This document shows, piece after piece, positions 40,641 to 49,660 of a stretch of DNA of 58,880 nucleotides. The stretch comes from Octopus bimaculoides. Lineage: Eukaryota. Under the pieces are notes generated by a model, which was not told the origin of the DNA, did no database searches, and was given only the letters and a program-made list of their open reading frames with translations. The DNA lies in NCBI RefSeq assembly GCF_001194135.2, contig NC_068986.1:76684848-76743727 (forward strand), in the 5' to 3' direction. The position numbers and the translations under genes are program-made. Every line of letters begins with the position of its first letter. The first letter of the stretch is position 1.

Positions 40641-41585
40641 GCTAGAGAAACAGGGAAACCAGCCCTATGTTTCTTATGGAATAATGTGGACTAATTAACC
40701 ACCATCTTATGAAAAATAAAGGTTACATCTCACAGTGTAGTCCCAGATATACAAAAAGAAAAAGAAGCAAACAAACATCAGGCATGATTGTGTAGTTAGA
40801 AGCTTGCCTTGTAATCATGTGGTTTCAGGTTCAGTCTCAGTGTGTGACACCTTGGGCAAGTGTCTATGTGTGTGTATACCTGTGGGTGTACATCACTGCC
40901 ACTGTGTGACAACCAGTGTTGATTTGCTTATGTCCCCGTAACTTAGTGGTTCAATAAAAAGGAACTGATAGAATATGTACCAGAGTTTAAAATAATTACT
41001 AGGCTTGATCTGTTTCACTAAAACCCTTCAAGGCAGCATTCCAGCATGCCATAGTTTCCTTGCTCACTCGATGGAGAAGGGATTGGGCCATTGCTGAGTG
41101 ATGGTTCATTATCTGGTGTGAAGTGTGTGGTGCATGTCGTGCACCTTGATAGGTGCCGACACAGCCAATGCACAACCCTTAATCTGGTTGCAGTTCAATG
41201 ACTGAAACAGATAAAAGATACTTTATGGGCTGAAATGCTATTGATTATTGTTCTTCTTAATCAGAAGTGATTTGGAGCTAGACAAAAGCTCCTTATAAAT
41301 CTGAAATCCATGTGGTTCTAAATGAAATCAAATTCTAATGTTTCTTTTCTTTTCTTTTCTAGCGTCCATGAGTATTCCTCCCAAAATAAGATGACTAATG
41401 GCAACCTATCTGTGATTTTCGGACAGTCTCTGATGCAACCAGCACCGACACCGGAGCCATCACCAGCAACGGAACCAGGTTCGGCACAAGAGGCTTTAGC
41501 TTACATGAATGCTCTTCACCAGAATAATATTCTGAAATATCTCTTGGACTTAAAATGCTCTGGAAAAAACTTTCTTAAACCATGA
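871..41585 (+). CDS. ABR: ABR/BCR-family RhoGEF-PH-C2-RhoGAP gene, 5'-partial, 17 coding exons
   Basis: join(871-978,4881-5005,7511-7590,10705-10784,14743-14811,18568-18703,19759-19820,21524-21560,23354-23422,25073-25269,27904-27957,30485-30594,33547-33608,34801-34878,35321-35461,36991-37096,41363-41585). All introns are GT..AG, phases are compatible, and the total of 1737 nt is a single open frame ending TGA. Motif order matches ABR/BCR: TPKSHPDY (DH end), [11 protein letters not shown] and KWFIP (PH), [20 protein letters not shown] (C2), [26 protein letters not shown] (RhoGAP). Confidence 0.92.
1916..2235 (+). mobile_element. tRNA-derived SINE (family with ttgagcaaggcacttta...ttgctccagttcactcagc core)
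   Basis: A-box-like tggcgcagtgg and B-box-like tttgattccc; related degenerate copies near 36045-36200 (+), 40030-40230 (+) and 56520-56680 (-). Confidence 0.65.
4450..4835 (-). mobile_element. SINE: tRNA head, central gatttggtagacggaaactgaaagaagc domain, RTE-like (GAT)n tail
   Basis: Reverse complement of the 13938-14378 family; (TCA)n tail at 4450. Confidence 0.7.
4881..5005 (+). CDS. ABR: ABR-like exon: PH domain start ([41 protein letters not shown])
   Basis: ttacag acceptor, gtaagt donor at 5006, phase 0-2; RKLRxxFLFxD motif. Confidence 0.9.
5235..5407. repeat. Long fold-back inverted repeat (83/86-nt arms, 4-nt loop)
   Basis: 74 of 83 left-arm bases pair Watson-Crick by manual alignment. 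Confidence 0.9.
5786..5868 (+). ncRNA. Putative minimal type I hammerhead ribozyme (intronic, sense strand)
   Basis: Stem I TCAGTCA(5805-11)/TGGCTGA(5846-52); core CTGATGA 5812-18; stem II AATCC/GAATT with one C-A mismatch; GAAAC 5836-40; AA; GTC cleavage triplet 5843-45; stem I extends about 15 bp beyond a TAC bulge. Confidence 0.6.
5957..6363 (+). mobile_element. tRNA-derived SINE (MetaSINE-like central domain, gactgaaacaagtaaaagag tail), well preserved
   Basis: A box tggctgtgtgg, B box gggttcagtcc, domain ccttgtgagtggatttggtagatggaaactgaaagaagcccgtcg (resembles the Meta domain, from recollection). Confidence 0.85.
6364..6776 (-). mobile_element. Same SINE family, inverted, tail-to-tail with 5957-6363
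   Basis: Starts cttttacttgtttcagtcatttgactgtggccatgctggagcacc, the reverse complement of the tail. Confidence 0.8.
7511..7590 (+). CDS. ABR: ABR-like exon: PH ([27 protein letters not shown])
   Basis: tttcag / gtaaat, phase 2-1; KWFIP corresponds to ABR KWYIP. Confidence 0.9.
7783..8003. mobile_element. piggyBac-type MITE, about 220 bp, TTAA target
   Basis: TTAA at 7779-82 and 8004-07; right end aatgctaaaggg; homologous to 32348-32567. Confidence 0.7.
8345..8620 (-). mobile_element. Possible PIF/Harbinger transposase relic
   Basis: Minus-strand fragments [13 protein letters not shown] and FSDV..QWP resemble Harbinger motifs NVIGAIDG, LQ.VC and F.DV...WPGS; frameshifted and weak. Confidence 0.35.
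9467..9772 (+). mobile_element. RTE-tailed SINE-like element with 67-nt internal tandem units and (GAT)n tail
   Basis: Near-identical to 57292-57519 and 58556-58880; ttggcgttaggaagggcatccagct...gttaaacgatgatgat tail. Confidence 0.8.
10400..10520. repeat. (CT)n/(CA)n microsatellite
   Basis: Direct inspection. Confidence 0.95.
10705..10784 (+). CDS. ABR: ABR-like exon: PH insert coiled coil ([27 protein letters not shown])
   Basis: ttgcag / gtaagt, phase 1-0. Confidence 0.85.
10960..11580 (-). mobile_element. RTE-clade LINE relic, post-RT and 3' part
   Basis: Minus frame [50 protein letters not shown] is typical of RTE ORF C-terminal regions; the 10960-11310 part is less certain. Confidence 0.7.
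13080..13910 (-). mobile_element. RTE-clade LINE reverse transcriptase relic
   Basis: Minus-strand fragments [44 protein letters not shown] and [20 protein letters not shown]; many stops. Confidence 0.8.
13938..14378 (+). mobile_element. SINE: tRNA head, central domain, RTE-like (GAT)n tail
   Basis: Same head as 5957-6115 but 3' end gaaggacatccagctgtagaaaatctgcc...gatgatgat. Confidence 0.75.
14743..14811 (+). CDS. ABR: ABR-like exon ([23 protein letters not shown])
   Basis: pyrimidine tract plus tatag / gtaagt, phase 0-0; aligns by recollection with the ABR segment RAIERLKKK. Confidence 0.8.
15040..15270 (+). mobile_element. RTE RT fragment
   Basis: tttgttgacctagagaaggcctttgatagg = [10 protein letters not shown]; flanking MKVTE and KVRV. 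Confidence 0.7.
16921..17925. repeat. (CA)n microsatellite and CA-rich low-complexity DNA spanning an assembly gap
   Basis: (CA)n 16921-16999, N run 17000-17506, degenerate CA/TA repeats to about 17925. Confidence 0.95.
17930..18335 (-). mobile_element. Helitron relic: RepHel helicase C-terminus and probable 3' flank
   Basis: Minus frames [22 protein letters not shown] and [32 protein letters not shown] (18150-18333) match Helitron PIF1-helicase C-terminal motifs; the 17930-18150 extent is inferred. Confidence 0.75.
18568..18703 (+). CDS. ABR: ABR-like exon: PH end ([45 protein letters not shown])
   Basis: tctag / gtaagt, phase 0-1; PH C-terminal helix with REEW. Confidence 0.9.
19759..19820 (+). 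CDS. ABR: ABR-like exon ([21 protein letters not shown])
   Basis: tttag / gtaggt, phase 1-0. Confidence 0.82.
20998..21390 (+). mobile_element. tRNA-derived SINE, same family as 5957-6363
   Basis: Head, central domain and gactgaaacaagtaaaa tail all recognisable. Confidence 0.8.
21524..21560 (+). CDS. ABR: ABR-like 37-nt exon ([12 protein letters not shown])
   Basis: long T tract plus cag / gtaaac, phase 0-1; needed to keep the frame. Confidence 0.75.
23354..23422 (+). CDS. ABR: ABR-like exon: C2 start ([24 protein letters not shown]); alternative start 23351
   Basis: AAG-TAG tandem acceptor / gtaaga donor, phase 1-1; matches the C2 first strand (G.L.V.lH...G). Confidence 0.85.
25073..25269 (+). 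CDS. ABR: ABR-like exon: C2 core ([18 protein letters not shown]...[23 protein letters not shown]...LLGKSALA)
   Basis: tctag / gtaagc, phase 1-0; strong match to the BCR/ABR C2 domain. Confidence 0.95.
25400..25595. repeat. Compound (GT)/(TA)/(CA) microsatellite
   Basis: Direct inspection. Confidence 0.95.
25594..26446 (+). mobile_element. Penelope-like element relic: GIY-YIG endonuclease C-terminus and 3' tail
   Basis: [19 protein letters not shown]...REQELIF then frameshifted FAPHGLN, typical of PLE endonuclease ends; tail ctgttgaggagcataggcttgaaatgt. Confidence 0.7.
26942..27132 (-). mobile_element. tRNA-derived SINE (aaggatgaaaggcaaagtcgacctc family) with 15-bp TSD
   Basis: Direct repeat ctgaaagtgaatata at 26927-26941 and 27133-27147. 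Confidence 0.85.
27363..27762 (+). mobile_element. tRNA-derived SINE, same family as 5957-6363
   Basis: Head, central domain and tail recognisable. Confidence 0.8.
27904..27957 (+). CDS. ABR: ABR-like exon ([18 protein letters not shown])
   Basis: ttacag / gtatgt, phase 0-0. Confidence 0.85.
28372..28756 (-). mobile_element. Two tandem SINE copies (aaggatgaaaggcaaagt family)
   Basis: Core repeated at about 28470 and about 28645; (AAT)n at 28330-28370. A similar tandem pair lies at 32765-33200. Confidence 0.75.
28790..29295 (+). mobile_element. R4/Dong-like (RLE-type) non-LTR retrotransposon 3' relic
   Basis: [35 protein letters not shown] (CCHC knuckle), YRHTQEKV, degenerate PD..D motif, [37 protein letters not shown]; flanked by (TAA)n. 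Confidence 0.8.
29593..29674 (+). mobile_element. Possible pogo/Tc1-mariner terminal fragment
   Basis: tactgtatttttcgatatacaagtc...ggtcaacttat resembles pogo-type ends from recollection; no partner end seen. Confidence 0.3.
30485..30594 (+). CDS. ABR: ABR-like exon ([36 protein letters not shown])
   Basis: ttctag / gtaagt, phase 0-2; TGVFGV marks the start of the RhoGAP domain. Confidence 0.92.
32348..32567. mobile_element. piggyBac-type MITE, 220 bp, TTAA target
   Basis: TTAA at 32344-47 and 32568-71; ends cccattaaca / ggctaaaggg; homologous to 7783-8003. Confidence 0.75.
33547..33608 (+). CDS. ABR: ABR-like exon: RhoGAP ([21 protein letters not shown])
   Basis: ttttag / gtatgt, phase 2-1; P.I...C..EIEKRG motif. 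Confidence 0.92.
33800..34190 (+). mobile_element. RTE LINE 3' relic
   Basis: [12 protein letters not shown] and [24 protein letters not shown] resemble the RTE terminal region (RRLRWYGHV). Confidence 0.65.
34801..34878 (+). CDS. ABR: ABR-like exon: RhoGAP arginine finger ([26 protein letters not shown])
   Basis: tttag / gtaagt, phase 1-1; GIYRVSG catalytic Arg intact. Confidence 0.95.
35321..35461 (+). CDS. ABR: ABR-like exon: RhoGAP ([47 protein letters not shown])
   Basis: tttcag / gtaagt, phase 1-1; [11 protein letters not shown] motif. Confidence 0.95.
36413..36634. repeat. Branched fold-back inverted repeat
   Basis: 50-nt outer arms with 45/50 WC pairs; inner stems of 13/16 and 12/13. 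Confidence 0.9.
36991..37096 (+). CDS. ABR: ABR-like exon: RhoGAP ([35 protein letters not shown])
   Basis: gaacag / gtaagt, phase 1-2; LP..N...L..L..HL motif. Confidence 0.92.
40785..41220 (+). mobile_element. tRNA-derived SINE with an unrelated insert of about 125 bp in its tail
   Basis: Tail ccagcatgcc...gcagttcaatgactgaaac is interrupted at about 41052-41178. Confidence 0.65.
41363..41585 (+). CDS. ABR: ABR-like last coding exon ([27 protein letters not shown]...KNFLKP*)
   Basis: long pyrimidine tract plus tag, phase 2 entry; NKM..NL..IFG motif; TGA at 41583-41585. Confidence 0.92.
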
Positions 41586-41614
41586 AGCTTCAAACTCATT
41601 ATTTTTATGTGCAA

Positions 41615-41620
41615 AATAAA
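41615..41620 (+). terminator. Candidate polyadenylation signal AATAAA for the ABR-like gene
   Basis: First AATAAA, about 30 nt after the stop. Other candidates lie downstream (e.g. 42981), so actual usage is unknown. Confidence 0.3.
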
Positions 41621-42450
41621 AAATTAAAAAAAAGAAACAAATGCATAATGCCTTCACACATTTTCATGATTTGTTTTTAAGTTGGAGAGGAAGAGAGACT
41701 GCTTGCTAGCCATTTATTCACACTGCATTTTTTCAAACAGTATCATCATTGTTTACTCCTTCATTACTTTTAAACTTCTTGCCAAGCTGATATACTTCTT
41801 TGTTTGATTACAAAGTACGTCAGCCATGATACTTATACAAACATGGCTATTTGCAAGCTTGATAAGATGAAACCAAGAGATAATGTCATTATTCATCATG
41901 ATAATGTCAATCATGAAATTGTTATTATTATTATTATTATTATTATGAAACTCATGATAATGATAATTGACATGATTTGGTTTTAAAAAGGGTCGATGAC
42001 TAGAAGGGATGTTTGCATTGATGACAATGCTATTGTTGCCTGTGTTGTTGCTACTGTTGCTAATGCTGCTGTTGATGATAATGATGGTATTGAAACCTGA
42101 GGTAATTAATCAGCATGGTGTTAAATGTTACATTATTCTTGCCTCTCCACCAAATCTCATCTCACTTTTTCATCAGCTTACTTGTTGAAACACTGGACTT
42201 CAAAACTCTCTTGTTTGCAATCTAATTGCTTTAAAATGTTCCTAAAACTTATACATTATTTCACTAAACCTCCACACATTCATCCTATATTTTCCGATTT
42301 TTGCCTCACTTTTTTTAATCAGTTATTGAGGCAGATATTGTATATGCTTATGTACATATCATTATTTTTCTCATTTGTGCCTGTGTGTATATGTATGTGT
42401 GTTGGTGTGCATATGTATGTATGTAGTGTATGTATGCATATGTATGTGTG

Positions 42451-42490
<40 letters not shown>

Positions 42491-43004
42491 CATGTACATC
42501 AGAAGTGGTATATTGTGAACACTGAAAGTTGGTGATGTAAACGTTCTAAAAAGTAAATTTGAACATTATTTTATGAATATGATATATTTAGATGTTAATA
42601 TATATCATTTATAAATATTACAAGAAATCATTTATTGAAATGACTTTCTGTAGTTGAAAATTTCGTAAGAAGAGTTACTAATTTCATTTAGGATTGATAG
42701 TCACTCAATTTTAGTTTTTTAAATAGTTTTGTCACAGTTGTTTGAAATAAACAAAACACTAAGACTAAAATAACAGTTAAGTAGCATGCTTTGAACTAGC
42801 TAAGTGATGCTATCTCATAGCTTGGCATATGGCATGATTCTCCTATGAACTACTCACTCTCTATGCTGGGCTACATATTGTAATCGAAATCTTTAGTTCC
42901 ATGCGCTAATTGCATTACCTGCTTGTACCTGAAGATTAACAATGAAATTTTGTGATTATTTATAAGTAATGCACTTTTGCAATAAACACTAAAATCTATT
43001 CTAA

Positions 43005-43167
43005 CCCCTTGCAGACATACTTAGTACTGTCCGTCTATGCTGTATACCAGTATTAGGCTGTTCAGTTTGGTATATTTGAAAACACGGTGCTGTACAGAGC
43101 GAGACATCACACTGCTCACACACATAGTGTTTCAATACAGTCAGTACTGCTTCCCGTCTGCAAGGGG
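43005..43167 (-). mobile_element. 163-bp internally deleted piggyBac derivative
   Basis: 12-bp perfect TIRs ccccttgcagac / gtctgcaagggg; CTAA and TTAA flanks; minus frame HYVCEQCDVSLCTAPCFQIYQT matches the piggyBac C-terminal cysteine-rich domain. Confidence 0.8.
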
Positions 43168-45661
43168 TTAATAAGTTTTCCTCAATCCCACTAAAGTCAA
43201 AGATACTCTTCATCCTTCTAGGGCCAATAAAATGAGTACCGCTTACAGAGTGGGGCCAGTCTTCATCATGTGTACCCTCCACTAAAATGTGAGACTGTGT
43301 ATGTATGTTACAGACTATTATTCTTATAACTTTTAACTATCTTCAGGATTCGAACTATGTAATTTGTGCTTTGTTTCTGCCACTGAGAGAGAAAAAAACT
43401 TGATGTGGAAAAAAGTCAAATATGAGAATTTTAATCCTTTTTATCTCAGTATATTATTTAGTTTGGTTAAGGCAAATTTTTTCTTTATGTTCTAGCAGAA
43501 AAAAAAAAAAGCAAACAAGATATCTGTTTTACCTCACAAAGTTTTACTCTAATTAAAAAAATGACCTGGAGAGAAATCACCAGATGTCATTGCTGTATGG
43601 TTCAAGTAAAGACAATGACACAATGCAACAATTCTGATATGATAAAGTCATGAAAAACAGTCTTGCTTGTCAAATATTAGCAAAAGACATTTTGTGCATG
43701 ACTCAGAGAAAGAATGTATGTGTGTGTGTGTGTGTGTGTGTGTTTGTGTGTGTGTGTAAAGCATTTTATATTATTAGGAAGTAATCTATTTCAAATAGGT
43801 AATTAACTTACTTAAACAAATATAATTGTTATTTCATGACTTTCGCAGACAGCACATAGCACATCCTGAACACACACACACACATATCCATAAACACATA
43901 TACACACGTTATTGTTACCAAGTGCAATTTTACCAAAATTTTACCAACTGGTTTTTTTTTCCTTTTCTTTCATGTTAAATATAAATATATATATATAATT
44001 TGTTGAATGTATTTATGATTTACTGCAATAGATGTACACAATATAATGCATCTGTAAATAATATCTTGATTTTTGGGAGCATAATTTAACAAACAATAAA
44101 AGTGAAACTTTGTATTTTTATTTGTTCTGTTTCTGATGGTGTAAGAATTAAAAATATCATTAATTTCAAGTTCTCACCATTCATCTTTGCTATCAATGTC
44201 CTGCTTATGAACGACAGTCTTGTTACCAAGAGAGACAAAAAAGGTGTGTGTGTGGTGGTGGTGGTGGTGGTGGTGGTGGGGGGGGGTTTAAATGCTTTAT
44301 ATTACAATATGAGTTGGGTGTATGCTGAAGTTTTTTTCCACTGTTTTATATCATTAAGGGTATATGATATGTTCACCATCAGTACACATGTGTGTATGTA
44401 TACACACAAACACACACATATATATGACATCGATACATTGCATGTTCTCATAATTACACTTACATCTGCATAAAACCTTTTAAACTAGAAACCTTCTGAA
44501 GACAACAGCAGATTTCCTTACCAGTTGGAAGAGGAACATTGAGGGTGAAGCCAAGAAGTTTATTGGGAATTATTCAAAATGATTGATTTCTTTGTGATTT
44601 GAGGTGAGAGAAGAGAAAAAGTTGTTTGAAATAAAATTATATTTTTTTATCAACATTTCTCCCCCTCTTCTTATCTCTAAGTCATCATGGTCACTTAAAA
44701 TAAACAGCTTTTTGACATATTATTCCCCATACCTGCTATATCATCATGTCTAATTATTTGAAATCATTATCTAATTTGCTGGAGTGACAGAAATGGTATA
44801 TACCAAAACTAATTGAATCAAAGCATTTAGTTTAGTTCAGAGTCTTTCATATCTGACAGTCAATAAAATGCTTAGCATGATTATCTCCTTTCCCTTTTTA
44901 ACAAATTTAAGAAATTAATATTTATTGTTATATTTTTCTTATTTTGTACAGTAATAACAAACCATAAAAATTTGCAGCTTTCCTGGTCAGTATCGACCTA
45001 CTGTTGTTAGGTTTAATTTTCATGACTAGACATGAAAGCTTTGAAATTTGACAATATAGGTTTCATGACAGCCACAAATCCTTCTAATTATTGCTTTATG
45101 AATAAAAATTGTTGAGGAAAGGTGTCAAATGAAGCAGCTGAACTTTCAAATCTTACTATTTATCACAGATGTATCATAATGTTCATTGAAGTGTAGCATC
45201 CAGTTTCATAATTAATTGTAGTTTTTCAGTCCTTCAATTAGACACTGTTTTGTGATTTATTGTATTTCTTTAGTCATTGAATTAGTTTAACTCTTTTACT
45301 GCAAAAATCAGATATATTCACTCAAAATTTCATTACTTTTAACTGCAGAAAGCAATTTTATATATACCAATCTAGCTTTTATTTAGGAATGTCATGTTTG
45401 AAACTATTTTTTGTGGGATGTGTTAAGTTTATTGTGGCAACAAAACTTGCAGAAAATACCAATTCTATTTTTTGGTAGATGTTTAACATCATTACTGGAA
45501 TAGCCATGAAATTTAATTTCAAAGTTAAAAGGCTAATTTGTAATACAGATTTCTGTCTTAACTGCGAGTATTTGATTTGTCTGGCTAATAAAAGTTACCA
45601 TTTCTTAAAGTTTAACAGAATTTTTCAATATCTGTAATTAATTTTGTTGGTGAGTTGGCAA

Positions 45662-45871
45662 NNNNNNNNNNNNNNNNNNNNNNNNNNNNNNNNNNNNNNN
45701 NNNNNNNNNNNNNNNNNNNNNNNNNNNNNNNNNNNNNNNNNNNNNNNNNNNNNNNNNNNNNNNNNNNNNNNNNNNNNNNNNNNNNNNNNNNNNNNNNNNN
45801 NNNNNNNNNNNNNNNNNNNNNNNNNNNNNNNNNNNNNNNNNNNNNNNNNNNNNNNNNNNNNNNNNNNNNNN
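45662..45871. other. Assembly gap (210 N)
   Basis: Run of N. Confidence 0.99.
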
Positions 45872-45982
45872 TATTCTCAGAAACATCTCCCATTATTTCT
45901 TTTGTTTAAAAACAGCAAATTTGACAAAATCAGTACATGACAACATATTTACCTCGACTACATACATACATATGTGTGTGCA

Positions 45983-46024
<42 letters not shown>

Positions 46025-46484
46025 TGTTCGTATGTAACTTGAATCTAAATTTGAAATTACTCCTATGTTACGTGTACCTAAATATAAAAATAAGATTTTG
46101 TTTCAGCTTTCATGTGTTCAACCATATCAATCCTAGAAGAATGAAAAGCTGAATCAATTTTTGCTCTCTAACAGAGTACTCCTGATTAACTTTTTCCAGT
46201 ATTGTCATGTTGATCAAGGAAATGTAATATCTCTCTTCCTCACCTCATTTTTTTTTTCTACATTTATAATTGTAAGAGTATATGAATACATGGAAATATA
46301 TCCATATATAGATATAAATATATGTATATCCTCCCAAATGTACAATGTAATGTAGAAAAGCACAAACCATATTCTACTTCTCCACTTTTGTTCTAAAACA
46401 GCCCCTACAAGGTGTTCGGGAGCTTTTATAGTTAGGTGTGTGTAACCATTAAATGCACATGCACACACGTGCATGCGTGCGCAC

Positions 46485-46524
<40 letters not shown>

Positions 46525-47984
46525 ACCCTGAACTCCCTTATAGTTACCAAGTCTTTCCACGAAGCCAGTCTTGTGATTAACTCTGAGAAATACACACACA
46601 TGTACACAAGTGTATACATAAATTGCATAAATGAGTGTATACATTTTATTACAATAACTTGTAAAATTGGATTTATATAATTTTTATTGGCATATATGTA
46701 CATTATATTATTGTTGCTGTTATTATTATCATTATTATTATTATTAAGTAGCATTTTTAGAAATTACTTGTTCTGCAACAACTTATATTATTCATTATTA
46801 TTATTATTATTATTATTGTTATTGTTATTGCTGTTGGTTACTGGATACCAGATAAATGTCACCTCCATAGAAATAGTGTTTCCTTATAGATTAATTTTGT
46901 GAATATTAGTTCATGAAGAGAATTTATGGCACCCATGCCATTCTTTGTTTGTATTAATTGATTACTACATGATTTATAGTCCTTTGGCATGTTTGTATTG
47001 GTTGATTGCCACACGAACATCTAGAGAGTTCCTGGGCATGTTTTAGCTATCTTAGCTAAATTTATGTTGGAAGTACTGTAATAGTAAAACAGAAAAAAAC
47101 ATTGAGCTGGAGGGTGTTGGCTTGGGAAGAATTTATCATGATGACACTGATGACCATCGTCAGCATTACATTGTCATTGAATCCCCTGTGGCTAGTTAGC
47201 TCCAAGTCTACTCTGATTGATCTGACCTATTGATCAAAAGTACTCCAGTGATATTTTCATACATAAGTACATCTAGGATTACATTGTCCAGTGTCTCCTG
47301 CCTTGCTTGAGATGCTAGGGTGTGATTTGAAGGATATAAAGCTGATATTTTTAGATGGTCATGAGACCACTTAGAGAGCCTTCCCTCATTGGTTCATAAT
47401 GTCCTTGGACTGTTACATGGTTGATGAACTGTGTGGTGGGTATTATCATAAACAGACTGTAGGTGGGTGTAACCAAGGATGGACTGTGTGGTTGGTGTTA
47501 CCAGAGAGGGATTGTGTTGTATGATAGATACCTGTGTGGTAGATCTTAAGATAAATGCACTTATATATGATAAATACTTCGTGATGGTTGCCTATGTGAT
47601 ACATGGGCTTGCACAGTAGAAATCACACAGCCAACTAACAGAAGTGAAGTCTGATATAGAATGACCAAGAAATGTTGATGCATTTATATACATATAAGAA
47701 TAACTTACTTCAAATGTTATTTAAAATTCCAACACCTAGATAATTTATAGGAAGATAAACTTTAAAAAAGGGCCCCATTAAGCATATGAATGTTCAGTTT
47801 AACACAAATGCACAAACATATCAAGCCTGCATCTCATCATAAACAACACTGGATTTGGCTTTCATAGATCCTCAGGGACAGTTTTTCTCTATATTTTATG
47901 CATCACTTTCATGTTTTTATGTTAGTCATGATCAACTCAATTATTCCAGCTGTCAACTGAGACACCTACACACTAACATATACC

Positions 47985-48024
<40 letters not shown>

Positions 48025-49389
48025 TTATGTACATTCATATATACATACAAATGCTTGTGTGTGTGTGTGTGTGGATGCAGGCATGTCTGAATGCTTAAGA
48101 AATTCTTTTCAAAACCATGAAGTCCTGGGTTCAATCTCACACAAGGTTATGATGCCATGCATCTTGGACAATAAGAGCATTTATCTTAGCTTCAGGTCAA
48201 CTCTAGCCTTGTGAGTGCAATTTGTTTGATAGAAACTGTATAGAAACCTGTCAGACAGACTGTGCCTGTAATTCAAAGGTCCAGAGAATTACATTAAAGG
48301 AGAAATGTGTCTGTAGAATATTCAGCCACTTTGCATACTAGTTCAATACATAGGTTGCCTAGTTGTTAAAGCAACTGGACACACATATTGAAATTGATGC
48401 AAGAATCCATTATTATCATCATCATCATCATATATATCATTTTCATCATATACATGACTAAAATGTTCAATTAATTTCTCTCTTCATATTTTGTTGCTAA
48501 TTCTGAAATTCACACCTGCCACCAGCTTCATTGCACCACTGAAACAAGGGAAACCAAATATGATTTATTAAAGTAGAAAATAGCATGATTATTTTAAAAG
48601 ACACATTTTATAGTGAGGGGCATGTATTCAGGATTACGACTTTAACATGTTCCTGTAGCATTATTTATAACTATTGCAAAGGCAGTGGATTGACAGAAAC
48701 ATTAGAGCATTGGACACAAATGCTTTGTGTTATTTGTCTGCCTCTCTACATTCTTGAGTTCAAATCTTGCTGAGGTCAACTTTGCCTTTCATCCCTTTAG
48801 GGTCAATAAAATAAAGTACCAGTCAAGAAATACTAGAGTCAATGGTATCAGCTAACACCCTGCTTCCCCCACTGCCCCAAATTTCAGGCCTTGTGTCTAC
48901 ATTTGAAATAATTATTTATAAATATTGTTATTCAAACATATTACGTTTATATAATATGAAAATAAGAATAAATAAATCAAACCTAAACCAATAGAAACAA
49001 TTATCATAATGTTTGGTAGACCCTGTTTCAGGACCTGGGGTATGCCATTGTTTGTTGCTTAGAGATAGTTTCTTTTTTGCTTACAGCTATCACTTTAATG
49101 AATATTCTTATTTTGTATGAAATATAAAGTAATCCAGCAGACCATGATGACATTCTGGGTACATGAATGGATTTTCTGGGGGGGAACTTTTGTGCTTTTA
49201 CTGAACAGGGTTTGTTGTTTGTGTACAAGTTCATATTGTCCTGTAATATATAAAAGCATTGATAAATTTCTTCAAACCTCAATTGTTTTCTGTTATATTT
49301 TTATATTTCATTTCTTCTGCTTTCTTTCTCTGTCATCATTTACATATTATTAACTGTAGGAAAGGATGGAAGTTTCATCTTTTTGATAG

Positions 49390-49451
49390 AATCAAGGCTC
49401 TGCTTTCAGATGCAGCATTGCAGAAGGGCATCTGAGAGCGGAGCCTTGATT
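49390..49451. repeat. 24-bp hairpin with 14-nt loop
   Basis: 22 WC plus 2 G-U pairs on the + strand. Confidence 0.9.
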
Positions 49452-49660
49452 TGAGAATTCCAAGGTTTTGAGGAGTTAGGAACCACCTCTTAACCACTGT
49501 TGTTCTCATGTCTACCCTACCTGGAGTAGTAGCATTTGTAAGGGACCCAGCTATGGATTAATTAATATGTAAGTAAAGTGACCCCTTGACAAGGCCTAAT
49601 ACTTGGTAACTACCTGAGTTAGGGTTGCATTGAAATGATGGGATGCTGCTTAGTGGATGT

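Noticed and set aside
45612-45940. ORFs spanning the second gap
   Set aside because: Made of X residues from N bases
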